NCBI GenBank assembly: GCA_963705545.1
Contig: CAVPJX010000001.1
Location: 1,093,246 to 1,157,245, forward strand
Length of the DNA stretch: 64,000 bases
Reading direction: 5' to 3'
From: an uncultured Actinomycetes bacterium
GTDB lineage: Bacteria > Actinomycetota > UBA4738 > HRBIN12
In this document: one piece after another, positions 51,208-61,647 of the stretch
Numbering within the stretch: position 1 is the first letter of the stretch
Layout: every line of letters begins with the position of its first letter
Position numbers and translations under genes: made by a program
The notes under the pieces: generated by a model
Told to the model about the DNA's origin: nothing
Databases searched by the model: none
What the model saw: only the letters and a program-made list of their open reading frames with translations

Positions 51208-51391
51208 GCGAACTCCTTGATCCGGGTGACGCGAACCCCTACCAACGACCGACGTACCATCGAGGGGGGACGATAGGGCCAGGCGAACACGTTACCGCGG
51301 CCGGACCATGCGTGACATAGGCCTTCTGGCTCGACCTTCGAAGGGGTCGAACATCCGATCACTGCCGCTCCGGACCGGGGCTCGCTAGCGG

Positions 51392-52160
51392 TCACCGGCG
51401 CCCCGATCCGGCGGGAGCCCGGCCCCGCTTGAAATGGAGACGATCGGACACGACCCCGGCGACGAACCGAGGATTGCCCACGAGGTATCGACCCGCAGAG
51501 CCGGCGAGGCTCCGATGCGAGTCGGAAGAGCCACTCGAGGCCGGCGTCCTGCATCCAGCGGGGGGCCCTCTGGCTCGTCCCCGCCAGGAAATCGAACGCC
51601 GCTCCCACGCACAGGATCACCGGCGCCGCGTCGAGCCCGCCAGGCGCCCGGCCATGACGTCCTGCTTCGGCGCCCCCAGGCCGATCCACAGCACCTGCGC
51701 CGCTGAGTCCCGCATCCGCTGAGCGCTCGCCTCGACTTCATCGTCGGAGAGCGTTCGGAACGGGGGCGACTCCGCTCCGACGATCTGGATGCCTGGGTAT
51801 GACCCGTCCAGCGTCGCTCGAGCCGCGCGAGGGTCTCCGGACGCCCTCCGTAGAGGTAGTGCCGCAGGCTCGGTCGACCCCCCAGTCGGAGAGGAGCTCC
51901 GTGCCATCGGCACCGGCCAGCCGCTCCGTCTTCGACCCGAACATCCGGGCGGCCCATGCGACCGGCATCCCGTCCGGGACGTTCAGCGAACCCACGTTCA
52001 AGACCTCTCGATAGGCGGGGTCGGTCCGCGCTTCGACGGTGGGATGGGCAGCGCAGAAGTGAACGACGTGGCTGTGACCGCACGGAGGAACCCAGAGATC
52101 GCGTCGATGAACGTCCCGGGCGTGACCGGATCGATCCGGACACCGTTCACTTTCGGCCAC
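51392..52160 (-). pseudogene. WecB/TagA/CpsF-family glycosyltransferase, broken into at least three reading frames
   Basis: LNVPDGMPVAWAARMFG, then [12 protein letters not shown], then [21 protein letters not shown]...[13 protein letters not shown], then RYLVGNPRF, each in a different frame of the same strand. Confidence 0.65.
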
Positions 52161-52294
52161 TCGACTCGCTCGCGGCAGCGACGCTCCGCGCCAACGAGGA
52201 CGGACGATCGGTCGGGGAAGGGCGGCTGCTCACTCGCCCTTCACCGACTTGCGGCGACCTGCTCGGACGCCGGTGGGCGGCGTGCCGCGGCCGG

Positions 52295-53312
52295 TCAGCA
52301 TGAAGTCGAGGATCGCCCCGAACCTCGTCGGCGTCCTTCGTCGCGAAGTACCAGTCGAACGTCCGCTTCAGTCCGTCCGCGAACGGACACCTGCGGCTCC
52401 CATCCGAGGAGCTCCTTCGCCAGCGAGTTGTCGGCAACGCGATTCATCGGTCCGACCGGCATGTCGAGCTGCTTGACGATCTCCGGCTCGTACCCGGCCA
52501 GCTCACACACCATGCGGACCGCGTCGATCACCTTCACCCGCTCCATCGTTCCCAGGTTGACCGCGGTGCCGTCGTCGATGCGTTCGGCCGACCGGATCGT
52601 TCCTTCGACGATGTCGTCGACGTACGTCCAGTTCCGGATCTGCTCGCCGTTGCCCCAGACGAAGAACGGGTCCTGCTTCAGGAACGCCCGGGCGATCATC
52701 GCGATCACGGCGTGGTTCTCGACTCCGCGTGGCCCGTACACGGTGAAGTATCGACACGATGCGGTCTTCATGCCGTACTCGGCGTGCATCGCCCGCAGCG
52801 TCAGCTCGCCGGCCATCTTCGCGAGGCCGTACAGGCCGTCCGGGTCGTACCCGGGCGCCTTCTCCATGTCCTCGGTGAGGAACAGCGTCTCCCCGGGATC
52901 CGCCTGGAGGTAGAGCGGGTAGATGCAGCCGGAGGACGCGTAGACGATCTGCTCGACCGCCGGCGTCCAGCGCCGAGCGGAACAGGACCGCGTCCAAGCC
53001 CAGGTTCGTGGAACATGCGTACTGATGGAGGTCGACGTACCCGCGACCGCCGTGATCGGCCGCGAGGTGGAAGATCACATCGATACCGTCGACGGCCGGC
53101 GCGCGACATCAGGGTCTCGGAGATCGCCGCTGGATCAGCTCGACGGATCCGTCGTCGACGACTCCCTGGATGTTGCTCAGGACGCCGCTCGAGAGATCGT
53201 CGACCACGCGGACCGACGCACCACGGGCGAGCAACGCATCGACCAGCGTCGACCCGATGAACGAGGCCCCGCCCGTCACGAGGACCTTCTTGGATGCCCA
53301 CGTGTATCCCAT
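52295..53312 (-). pseudogene. NAD-dependent epimerase/dehydratase, in-frame TGA at 53109-53111 plus a frame change near 52880
   Basis: KKVLVTGGASFIGSTLVDALL ... [TGA] ... DGIDVIFHLAADHGG...NLGLDAVLF, then YGLAKMAGE... in another frame. Confidence 0.65.
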
Positions 53313-53404
53313 GAGATCGCTCCTTCTCCCGCTTCGCCGCTCCAGGCCGCTAACCCCGCTGCGCCGCCCCGGGAGAACTCCCGCAGGCGGCGCGACGACA
53401 GCGG

Positions 53405-55060
53405 CTACGGGGTGACCTTGAACTTCATCCCGGTGCTCTTCGCCGAACCGCCCGGCGTCGTGATCTTGATGATCCCCTTGGAGAAGCCGGCCGGGACGAT
53501 CGCCGTGATCTGCACGTCGGAGTCCACGGTGAAGCTCGTCGCCGGAACGTCCCGAACGTGACGACCGGTGCTCCCGTGAAGACCGGTTCCCTGGATCACG
53601 ACCGGGGTCCCCATCGGACCGGACATCGGCGAGAACGTCGTGATCGTCGGAACCGGCGGCGGCGGTGGCCCCTCCGACGAGCACGAAGCGGGCGAACCCC
53701 GATTGCGGCAGCCCGTCGAGATCGACGTGAACCACCCCCGACGAAGAGGTGTCGCTCGTGATCTGCATCGCCCAGGCGCCGATGTAGTTCTCGGCGCCGA
53801 CGCCCGACCCGGGTGCGCTCTGGCCGCGGAAGGGGTACATCTGCGGGAACCAGTCGCAGTAGAAGGCGCCGGTCGCCGGGTTGACGCTGACGAGACCGTG
53901 CGCCCACACGTTGCTCCCGCACGAGGTGATCCGGTAGTCGAGGACGGCGGTGCCGAAGTGGCCGCCGACGAACAGGCGCGTGCCGTCCGGCGACAGGGCC
54001 AACGCTTCGCGTTCCCCGGCGATCCTTGTGACCAGATCCGCATCGCGCAGCCCCCGCCGACGGAGCACTCGTCCGGAGCCGCTGGTCGTCATGGTCTCGT
54101 TGAACGCGTGAACCCGTTCGGCGTCCTGCCCCACGCGACGAAGACGCGACTGGCCGTGGACAGGATCGTCCCAGGTGATGTTCGGGACCGTCGTACGGGT
54201 TGCTCGGACGACTCGCCGGGGATCGTCGCCCACGGGACCCTCCAGCGAGGAGCGAGCCGTCCGTCAGCGTGACTCGAGCGATCGTGTTGCGCGGCGTGCC
54301 GTTCACGTAGAAGTAGTTCCCGCCGACGAACAGGCTGTTGCCGTCGTGAGCCAGCGAGCCATGCATGGACGTTCCCGGTCCCGCCGTTCGTGACGGGACC
54401 ACAGCTCGTGCCGGGCGGGAACTGGCTGGGACACGGGTTCGTCCCTGCGGTCGCCGATGGGACCCAGGCGTTGCTGAGGCTCCCGTCGACCGCGGAGATC
54501 GCCGCGAGGTGCTCACGGGTCGAGCCGTTGACCCGCGTGAAGTTGCCGCCCAGGTAGACGAGATCGACCGTCGCGATGGATCACGTTGCACCGTGCCGTT
54601 GGGCGAGATCGTCACGGACGGGGTCGACCTGGGTTCCGGTCGCGGCGTCGACGGCGGCGAAGTATCTGCGCGCTGCGCCGTTCACGGCATCGAACTTCCC
54701 GCCGAGTAGAGCGTCTGACCGTCCGATCGAAACGGCGAGCGCTTGATCCTCGTCGGCTCCGCTGCTGTTGGTAACAGCCGCGGTGAAGCGCGGGATGTAG
54801 GCCCCGGTATCGTGTCGAAGGCGGCGAGGTTCTGCACTGGAACCGTCTGCCCGGGGGCCTTCGCCAGAATCGAACGTCCCACCCACGTAGAGCACGTTCC
54901 CGGATCGAGCCAACGCGTAGGTCTTGCCGTTCGTGCTTCCACGTGCGGGTCGGGCGAGTTCGACAGCGCGGAAGCGGGCTCCGCAACGACGACGAGCCCA
55001 GCCACCAGGGCGAGCAGGCGCCGCGATCCGCACGGACCGGGGAAGCTTCATCTCCATCAC
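53405..55060 (-). pseudogene. secreted beta-propeller repeat protein with C-terminal IPT/TIG domain, multiply frame-disrupted
   Basis: The signal peptide, repeat blocks (GKTYALARSGNVLYVGGTF; AHDGNSLFVGGNYFYV) and a clean C-terminal IPT/TIG domain (SGPMGTPVVIQGTGLHG...ITTPGGSAKSTGMKFKVTP) are spread over four frames. Confidence 0.5.
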
Positions 55061-55297
55061 TCCTTTGTCCTACATCGTGACAACCGCCAGGTCTGCTGTA
55101 CGTCCGACACGGGGGAGGCCGTTCGAGGGGCACATGGTATCGGCTGGGGGAGGCGACCAGCATCCGCCATTCGGGCGATTCGACCCCCTGCCGGCTAGGC
55201 CATCTGCCATGGGAGGGCCTTAGGGTCTTCGCCAGCACGCGACGGACCCTCCGCCCTATTGAGCTGGTCGAACCAAGGACCTACACTCCTCGGCCGT

Positions 55298-56330
55298 ATG
55301 AAGATCAAGATCCTCTGTACGCTCGGCCCGGCCTCGCTCGAGACCGAGGTCCTGCGCGGGATGGACGAGCGCGGTGTCGATCTCTTCCGCATCAACCTGT
55401 CGCATACGCCCGTTGGACGCCGTCGATCCGACGATCGCTGAGGGTCCGTCCGTGCATCGTCGACGCCCATCTCCCTGGACACCGAGGGCGCGCAGGTCCG
55501 CTGCGGGTCGATGCCGGATGGCGTCGCCCTCGAGGAGGGCCAACAGGTCCTCCTGACGCGCGAGGCGATCGTGGGCGATCGTGAGAGGTTCACCCTTTGG
55601 CCGAGCGTCGTCTTCGAGACACTAGCTCCAGGGACGTTGATCGGAGTGGACTTCGACGGGGCCATGCTCGAGATCACGCGGCGTGGGGGGATCCGAGGCG
55701 TGGGCTTCAGTGGTCCACGGAGGTCGGGTCCGCTCGAACAAGGCGGTGACCGTCGACCCGCCTCCTTCGCTGCCTCGCTCTCCGAGAAGGACGAGTCGGC
55801 GATCGCGATCGGTGCACGTCTCGGCATCACCCACTACGCACTCTCGTTCGCGAGCGTGCGCGCGGACGTCGATCGCATCCGGAGCTTGGCACCGGCCGGG
55901 GCACACATCATGGCGAAGCTCGAGAGCCGGGCAGGCGTGCGCCACATGGACGGCGTGATCGAGGCGGCCGACTCGATCGTGATCATCGACCGCGGGGACC
56001 TCTCACATGACCTCCCCTTCGAATCGGTCCCGTACTACCAGAAGGCGATCGTGAGACGCGCGAACCGGTGGAACCGACCGGTCTACGTCGCGACGAACCT
56101 CCTCGAATAGCTTGGTGACGAGCCAGACGCCGACGATCGCCGAGGCCAACGACATCGCGAATACACTGCTCGATGGGGTCCACGGGCTCGTGCTTGCCGC
56201 GGAGACGGCCATCGGACTCGATCCCCTGGGCTCGATCGATCTCGTCCGACGAGCGATCCGCGCCTTCGAGCAGGCGAGCGAAGCGGGATTGTTGCTCGAC
56301 GATCGCACTCGACTCGAGGTTGCCACGTAG
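55298..56330 (+). pseudogene. pyruvate kinase-like (barrel domain only) gene with in-frame TGA (55439-55441), TAG (56108-56110) and a +1 shift
   Basis: MKIKILCTLGPAS..FRINLSH; ISLDTEGAQVR; AKLESRAGVRHMDGVIEAADSIVIIDRGDL; TPTIAEANDIANTLLDGVHGLVLAAETAIG. No allosteric C-terminal domain. Confidence 0.6.
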
Positions 56331-56542
56331 CCGAGGCCCCAGCGATCGAAGTGACGATGGAGATTCTGTGCTGAGCTCGACGCATCCTGGAGACTCCGGC
56401 GGCCCGCTTCCGACGACCGAAGACGACTGGTCTAGGCCGTTCCGCTACATCCTCGACCATCCGTCCCTTGGGTCACCTCTAGGGGCGTCGTATCATCGGG
56501 TCGCCGCTCCACCCATGACCTAACCCGACGCAAGGAGTTCGC

Positions 56543-58330
56543 GTGCAGCCCCTGCATTCCGCCAAGCAGAATGAGGAGTACGTCGATCTTCGTGGCTACC
56601 TCGCGATCCTGCGCCGGCGAGCGCCGGTCATCTTGGGGATCGCGGCTATCTGCTTGGGACTCGCGTTCGCCTACACGAGGCTCCAGACCCCCATCTACAC
56701 CTCGACGGCTCGGGTCCTCCTCAAGCCCCCTCCAGGGAACACGGTCGAGAACCTGAGCAACGTCATCAGCGTCGAAACCGAGGCACAGGTCGTCAAGTCC
56801 GAGGTAGTCGCGGTTGCCGCGAGCGAGACGCTCGACACGACCCTCGAACCGCTCCAACTCCTCAAGCGCGTGTCGGTGCAGACGACGCCGGGGAGCTTCA
56901 TCATGGCGATCTCGTTTTCGTCACCGGACCCAGAGCGCGCCGCGCTCGGCGCGAATGCGTTCGCAGAGGCATACATCAGCTTCCGTCGCAAAGAGTACGA
57001 AGACCAGATCGCGAGTCAGGAAAGATCGATCGAAGCTCAGATGCATGATCTGCAACGCGAGCAGACGGAGCAGAACCAGATCCTCGAGGAGAATCCCCCG
57101 GGTACGATTGCCTATCGCACCGCCCAGGACGCGCTCAGCCAACTCAGCATCAGGCTAGCGGTCCTCGCCTCGGCCCTTAGCGAGCTCCCCCAGGTCGTCG
57201 ACACCGGCCAGGTGATCTTGTCCGCCTCGGTGCCAGTTTCGCCGTCCAGCCCGAATGTCCAGCTGAACCTCGCGATCGGCCTTCTTCTCGGCGTGCTCGC
57301 CGGGGTGGGCGCTGCCCTCGTGGCAGAGCGGATGGACGATCGCGTTCACGACTCATCGGAGCTCTACCGATTCACGGACGCTCCGGTGCTCGCGTACGTG
57401 CCCCACACCGGGGAGAGGAAGAAGCCCAGACGGAGCACCCAGCTCGTGGTTCGCCTGCAGCCTCATAGTCCTGCGGCCGAGGCCTACAGGACGGTCCGCA
57501 CAGGCATCTTGAGCATGGCCCAGCGTCGAGGCCTCGTCGTGATCGCCTTCGTCAGTCCTGTCCAGGGTGAAGGTAAGTCCATGACCTGCGCGAACATCGC
57601 CGCGGCGCTGGGGCAGACCGGGAGGCGTGTCCTTGCGATCTCGGTCGACATCCGTCGCCCAACCCTTCACGAGTTCCTCGGTGTACCGAACGAGCTGGGC
57701 CTCACCGAGGTCCTGGCCGGCGAGGTGGCGTTCGGGGAGGCGGTCCAGCGATCCGAGATGGGAGGGATCTGGCTCCTCAGCGGCGGCCAACAATCCTCCG
57801 AGCCAGCCGAGCTCCTCCAATCGCCCGCGATGGGGCAACTCTTGACATCGGTTCGAGATAGCTTCGACTTCGTGATCCTCGACTGTCCTCCGATACTCGG
57901 GCTCGCCGACTCGCTCTCGATCCTCCCACTCGCCGATGCGACGCTACTTGTCGTGGCGGCGGGAAGGACACAAGGCGGTGCTCTCGTGGAGGCGAACGAG
58001 CGGCTCGCCCGGGTCGGCGTCGCGATCGAAGGCGCGATCGTGAACGACGTCCGCATCCGTCGGGGTCATCCCGGACACCGGGCGTACGGCTACTACCGCT
58101 CGGTGGCGGAGTACTTGGACGTCGGCGAACCGCGTCAGGGCGTGGATAGGGACGACCAAGCGGTGAGGACCCCCCGCCGAGTGGTGTCGAAAATGGTCGT
58201 CGGCGCGACATCTGATGCCAACGGGAGCGAAGCCTCGGGGCAGAAGACCGAAGTCACCGAGCCACTCGGGAACGGGATCCATTCAGGCTCCGGCGTGTCC
58301 GAACCGGAGACGGAAGCGACGCCCCGCTAG
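56543..58330 (+). CDS. polysaccharide co-polymerase (Wzz) fused to BY-kinase (tyrosine autokinase)
   Basis: Two TM segments flanking a coiled-coil periplasmic region. Cytoplasmic ATPase with Walker A SPVQGEGKS and Walker B/DxD. 595 aa. Confidence 0.85.
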   Translation: MQPLHSAKQNEEYVDLRGYLAILRRRAPVILGIAAICLGLAFAYTRLQTPIYTSTARVLLKPPPGNTVENLSNVISVETEAQVVKSEVVAVAASETLDTTLEPLQLLKRVSVQTTPGSFIMAISFSSPDPERAALGANAFAEAYISFRRKEYEDQIASQERSIEAQMHDLQREQTEQNQILEENPPGTIAYRTAQDALSQLSIRLAVLASALSELPQVVDTGQVILSASVPVSPSSPNVQLNLAIGLLLGVLAGVGAALVAERMDDRVHDSSELYRFTDAPVLAYVPHTGERKKPRRSTQLVVRLQPHSPAAEAYRTVRTGILSMAQRRGLVVIAFVSPVQGEGKSMTCANIAAALGQTGRRVLAISVDIRRPTLHEFLGVPNELGLTEVLAGEVAFGEAVQRSEMGGIWLLSGGQQSSEPAELLQSPAMGQLLTSVRDSFDFVILDCPPILGLADSLSILPLADATLLVVAAGRTQGGALVEANERLARVGVAIEGAIVNDVRIRRGHPGHRAYGYYRSVAEYLDVGEPRQGVDRDDQAVRTPRRVVSKMVVGATSDANGSEASGQKTEVTEPLGNGIHSGSGVSEPETEATPR

Positions 58331-58486
58331 AACGGTTTCCGCATCCGAGGACGCTGACACCACCTCGCCCGAGGGCGAACCCGGAACGGGCCCTCTGGGG
58401 GGTCATGGCTCCGCCGGCCGCCGCGACCGCACCGGATCGGGAGCGCCCGCCGGCCCACACGCCTCCGGGCCGGCGGCCCCCTCCCG

Positions 58487-59431
58487 TCAGATCCCCTTCA
58501 GGTAGGCGACGGTCTCCGCGAGGCCGTCCTCGAGATGGGTCCACGGCTTCCACGCGATCGCGCTCGCGGCGGCCGAGATGTCCAGGGCGATCCGGCGCAG
58601 CTCACCCGGCGGGAGCGGCCCGCGCTCGGGCTCCCGGTCGAACCCGATGATGTCGGCGAGCAGCCGATAGAGGTGGTTCACGCTCGTCTCTAGTCCCGTG
58701 CCCACGTTCACGAGCTTGCCCGAGCCGCGGTCGATCGCCTGCACGAACGCGTGGACCGTGTCGTCGATGAACACGTAGTCACGCGTCTGGTTCCCGTCCC
58801 CGAAGATCGTCGGCGTCTCCCCTGCGAGCATCTTGGCGGAGAAGATCGAGATCACCCCGGCCTCACCGTAGGGGTCCTGCCGAGGTCCGTACACGTTGCC
58901 GAGGGCGAGCGCGGTGTGTTCGAGGCCGCGGTAGCGCTGGTAGAAGTCGAGGTAGTCCACCGAGACCTTCTTGGAGATGCCGTAGGGCGAGGTGGGGCGG
59001 GAGCCCTGGGCGCTCGTCTCCTTCGCAGGAACGCGCTTCGGCTCCCCGTACAGCGTGCCCCCGCTCGCGGCGTAGATCACCTTGCGGACGCCGGTCTTGA
59101 CGGCGCACTCGAGGACGTTCAGCAACCCCATCACGTTGATCGAGGCGTCCCTCACCGGATCCTCGAGCGAGGGCCGCACGCCGGACTGCGCGGCGAGGTG
59201 GAACACGATCTCTGGCCGGTGGCGTTCGAACAACGGCAGGAGCCCCTCGGCGCGCACGTCCATGTTGAAGAACGTGAACTCCTTGCCGTAGCCGCGCGCC
59301 TCCGCGAGGTTCGCGATGCGGCCCGTCGCGAGGTCGTCCACGCTGACCACGCGGTAGCCCTCCGCCAGGAGGCGGTCGGCGAGATGCGAGGCGATGAACC
59401 CGGCGCCCCCGGTCACCAGGACGGTCGTCAC
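58487..59431 (-). CDS. NAD-dependent epimerase (UDP-glucose 4-epimerase GalE-like)
   Basis: VLVTGGAGFIASH, YGISK catalytic motif. GTG start (complement of 59429-59431) overlaps the tsaD stop (GTGA). Confidence 0.85.
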   Translation of the reverse strand: MTTVLVTGGAGFIASHLADRLLAEGYRVVSVDDLATGRIANLAEARGYGKEFTFFNMDVRAEGLLPLFERHRPEIVFHLAAQSGVRPSLEDPVRDASINVMGLLNVLECAVKTGVRKVIYAASGGTLYGEPKRVPAKETSAQGSRPTSPYGISKKVSVDYLDFYQRYRGLEHTALALGNVYGPRQDPYGEAGVISIFSAKMLAGETPTIFGDGNQTRDYVFIDDTVHAFVQAIDRGSGKLVNVGTGLETSVNHLYRLLADIIGFDREPERGPLPPGELRRIALDISAAASAIAWKPWTHLEDGLAETVAYLKGI

Positions 59432-60438
59432 GAGGCCAACCTTAGGTTGGGATCGGCCCCGGTGTCGAACGAGGTCCGTTCTCCCCGAGCGAGTCTCGCG
59501 GCTCCGATGCATGCGATCATCGCGGCGTTGTCGGTGCACAGGTCGAGCGGGGGGAAGAGGACCCGGACCCCGGCGACCGCACCGTCGCGCTCCATCCGCT
59601 CACGCAGGCGGGTGTTCGCCACGACGCCGCCGCCCAGCAACACCGTGCCCACGCCTCGCTCCGTGGCCGCCCGCAAGGTCTTCGACACCTGCACGTCGAC
59701 GATCGCTTCCTGGAAGCTCGCCGCCAGATCGGCGGCATCGATCGTCCGGCCCGCGGCGCGCTCGCCCTTCACGTGTCGCAACACGGCCGTCTTCAACCCG
59801 CTCATCGAGAAGTCGAGATCGCCGGAGTCCTCCATCGCGCGCGGGAATCGGATCGCGTCCGGATCGCCGTCGCGCGCCAGCCGGTCGAGCGCCGGGCCGC
59901 CGGGGAACCCGAGACCCAGCAGGCGCGCCACCTTGTCGAACGCCTCCCCCGCCGCGTCGTCGAGGGTCTGTCCGAGGACCTCGTGCCGGTGCATCTCGGG
60001 GATGTGGACGATCATCGTGTGCCCGCCCGACACGATCAGGGCCACGTAGGGAGGCTGCGGTCGGCCGTGGACCAGGAAGTTGGCCCACACGTGCCCCTCG
60101 AGGTGGTTGACGCCGATCAGGGGCGCCCCGGTGGCGAGCGCGACGGCCTTCGCGCCCGCCATCCCGACGAGCAGGGCCCCGACGAGGCCGGGACCCACCG
60201 TCACGGCGACCCCGTCCAGCGCGCCGAACCCCGAGAGCCCCGCGCCGACGAGCGCCTCCTCCATCAGCGGGTTCAGCGCCTCCACGTGGGCGCGCGCGGC
60301 GACCTCTGGAACGACCCCACCGAACCGCTCGTGCAGGTGCGCCTGGGCGGCGATCAGGTTCGCGCGGACGAGGTAGCCATCCTCCACCACCGCGACGGCC
60401 GTCTCGTCGCATGAGGTCTCGATACCGAGGGTGATCAC
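59428..60438 (-). CDS. tsaD: tRNA N6-adenosine threonylcarbamoyltransferase
   Basis: ITLGIETSCDETAVAVV N-terminus and HLEGH motif. GTG start overlaps the rimI stop. Confidence 0.9.
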   Translation of the reverse strand: MITLGIETSCDETAVAVVEDGYLVRANLIAAQAHLHERFGGVVPEVAARAHVEALNPLMEEALVGAGLSGFGALDGVAVTVGPGLVGALLVGMAGAKAVALATGAPLIGVNHLEGHVWANFLVHGRPQPPYVALIVSGGHTMIVHIPEMHRHEVLGQTLDDAAGEAFDKVARLLGLGFPGGPALDRLARDGDPDAIRFPRAMEDSGDLDFSMSGLKTAVLRHVKGERAAGRTIDAADLAASFQEAIVDVQVSKTLRAATERGVGTVLLGGGVVANTRLRERMERDGAVAGVRVLFPPLDLCTDNAAMIACIGAARLARGERTSFDTGADPNLRLAS

Positions 60439-60929
60439 CTCGGGCGCACGCCCTCGGGCAGCTCGTCCGCGATCTCCCGGAGCCGGGCGGCGTAGGCGCG
60501 CGTGCGGACGTCGTCGGTCCACATGATCAGCGCGTCCTCGTTCAGCTCCTGGTAGTAGTTGCGTCGGATCCCGACCGGGCGGAACCCGAACCGGCCGTAC
60601 ATCCGCTGCGCGCCCCAGTTCGAGACCCGGACCTCCAACGACACGGCATGCGCGCCCATCGCGATGCCCCCGCGCATCAGCTCGAGCAGCAGCCGGGAGC
60701 CGATCTTGTGGCGATGCTGGTTCGGATCCACCGCGATGTTCGTCACGTGCGCCTCGTCGCCGTAGCAGATGAGTCCTCCGTACCCCACGACCTCGCGCTC
60801 GACCCGCGCCACCAGGTAGGAACGGTTCGCCGGATCGGTCATCTCCGCGATGAACAGGTTCGGGGACCAGGGGCGCGCGTAGACCTGGCGCTCGATGACC
60901 ATGACGCCGCGCAGGTGGCGGCGGCGCAT
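60435..60929 (-). CDS. rimI: ribosomal-protein-alanine N-acetyltransferase
   Basis: GNAT acetyl-CoA fold. Typical position between tsaB and tsaD. Start codon uncertain (alternatives at 60986 and 60938). Confidence 0.75.
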   Translation of the reverse strand: MRRRHLRGVMVIERQVYARPWSPNLFIAEMTDPANRSYLVARVEREVVGYGGLICYGDEAHVTNIAVDPNQHRHKIGSRLLLELMRGGIAMGAHAVSLEVRVSNWGAQRMYGRFGFRPVGIRRNYYQELNEDALIMWTDDVRTRAYAARLREIADELPEGVRPR

Positions 60930-60945
60930 CCGGGTCACCTCGAGC

Positions 60946-61647
60946 CTAGGCGCCTCGGGCTCGCTGATCCCAAGCGATCTCCGCATCCGATCTCCTCAGG
61001 TACAACGGGACGACATCGAACGGCCGGTCGAACTCCTCGCGCAGGAACCGGGGCGCGGCGAGCTCGACCAGCGCCGCGGCGTCCGGATGGGCGACCGACG
61101 GCGAGGCGAACTCGACCTGGCTCCCCAGCTGTTCGATCTCACGCCGGTACAGGATGGCACCGTTGCCCACGCACAACACCTCGCCGGGGAGCGCGGCGAG
61201 CTCGGCCACGAGGTGGTCCACGTGGCCGACGGCGTGGTCGGTCTCGCGGATCACGCCGCCCGGAAGGGGTTGATAGAGCGACCAGAAGATCTCGTTGCGC
61301 CGGGCGTCGATCACGGCCGCGATCCGCCGAGGGGTGTAGCGAACGCTGTAGGCGAGCGCGTCGAGGCTGGTGATCCCCACGATCGGGAGCGTGAGGACCT
61401 GGGCGAGGGTCTTCGCGGTCTCGACCCCGACCCGCAGCCCCGTGAACAGACCGGGGCCGATGCCGACGGCGATGCCGCCGACCCGGGAGAGGTCGAGGCT
61501 CGTGAACCGGAGCAGCGCCTCGAGGGCCGGGGTCACGGATTCCTGACGGGCCGCGCCCGCGATCCGGATCGAGCCCAGCACCTCGGTGTCGCTCCCGAGG
61601 GCGACCGAGGTCTGGGGCGTCGAGGTGTCGATGCCGACGACGATCAT
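60946..61647 (-). CDS. tsaB: tRNA threonylcarbamoyladenosine biosynthesis protein TsaB
   Basis: MIVVGIDTST start and YeaZ-like ASKHA fold. ATG overlaps the tsaE stop. Confidence 0.85.
   Translation of the reverse strand: MIVVGIDTSTPQTSVALGSDTEVLGSIRIAGAARQESVTPALEALLRFTSLDLSRVGGIAVGIGPGLFTGLRVGVETAKTLAQVLTLPIVGITSLDALAYSVRYTPRRIAAVIDARRNEIFWSLYQPLPGGVIRETDHAVGHVDHLVAELAALPGEVLCVGNGAILYRREIEQLGSQVEFASPSVAHPDAAALVELAAPRFLREEFDRPFDVVPLYLRRSDAEIAWDQRARGA

Noticed and set aside
53109-56110. UGA/UAG recoding (selenocysteine or an alternative genetic code) to explain in-frame stops
   Set aside because: This is a high-GC genome with ordinary TGA/TAG stops on intact genes. The stops co-occur with multiple frameshifts in the same genes. 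No SECIS-like element was seen.
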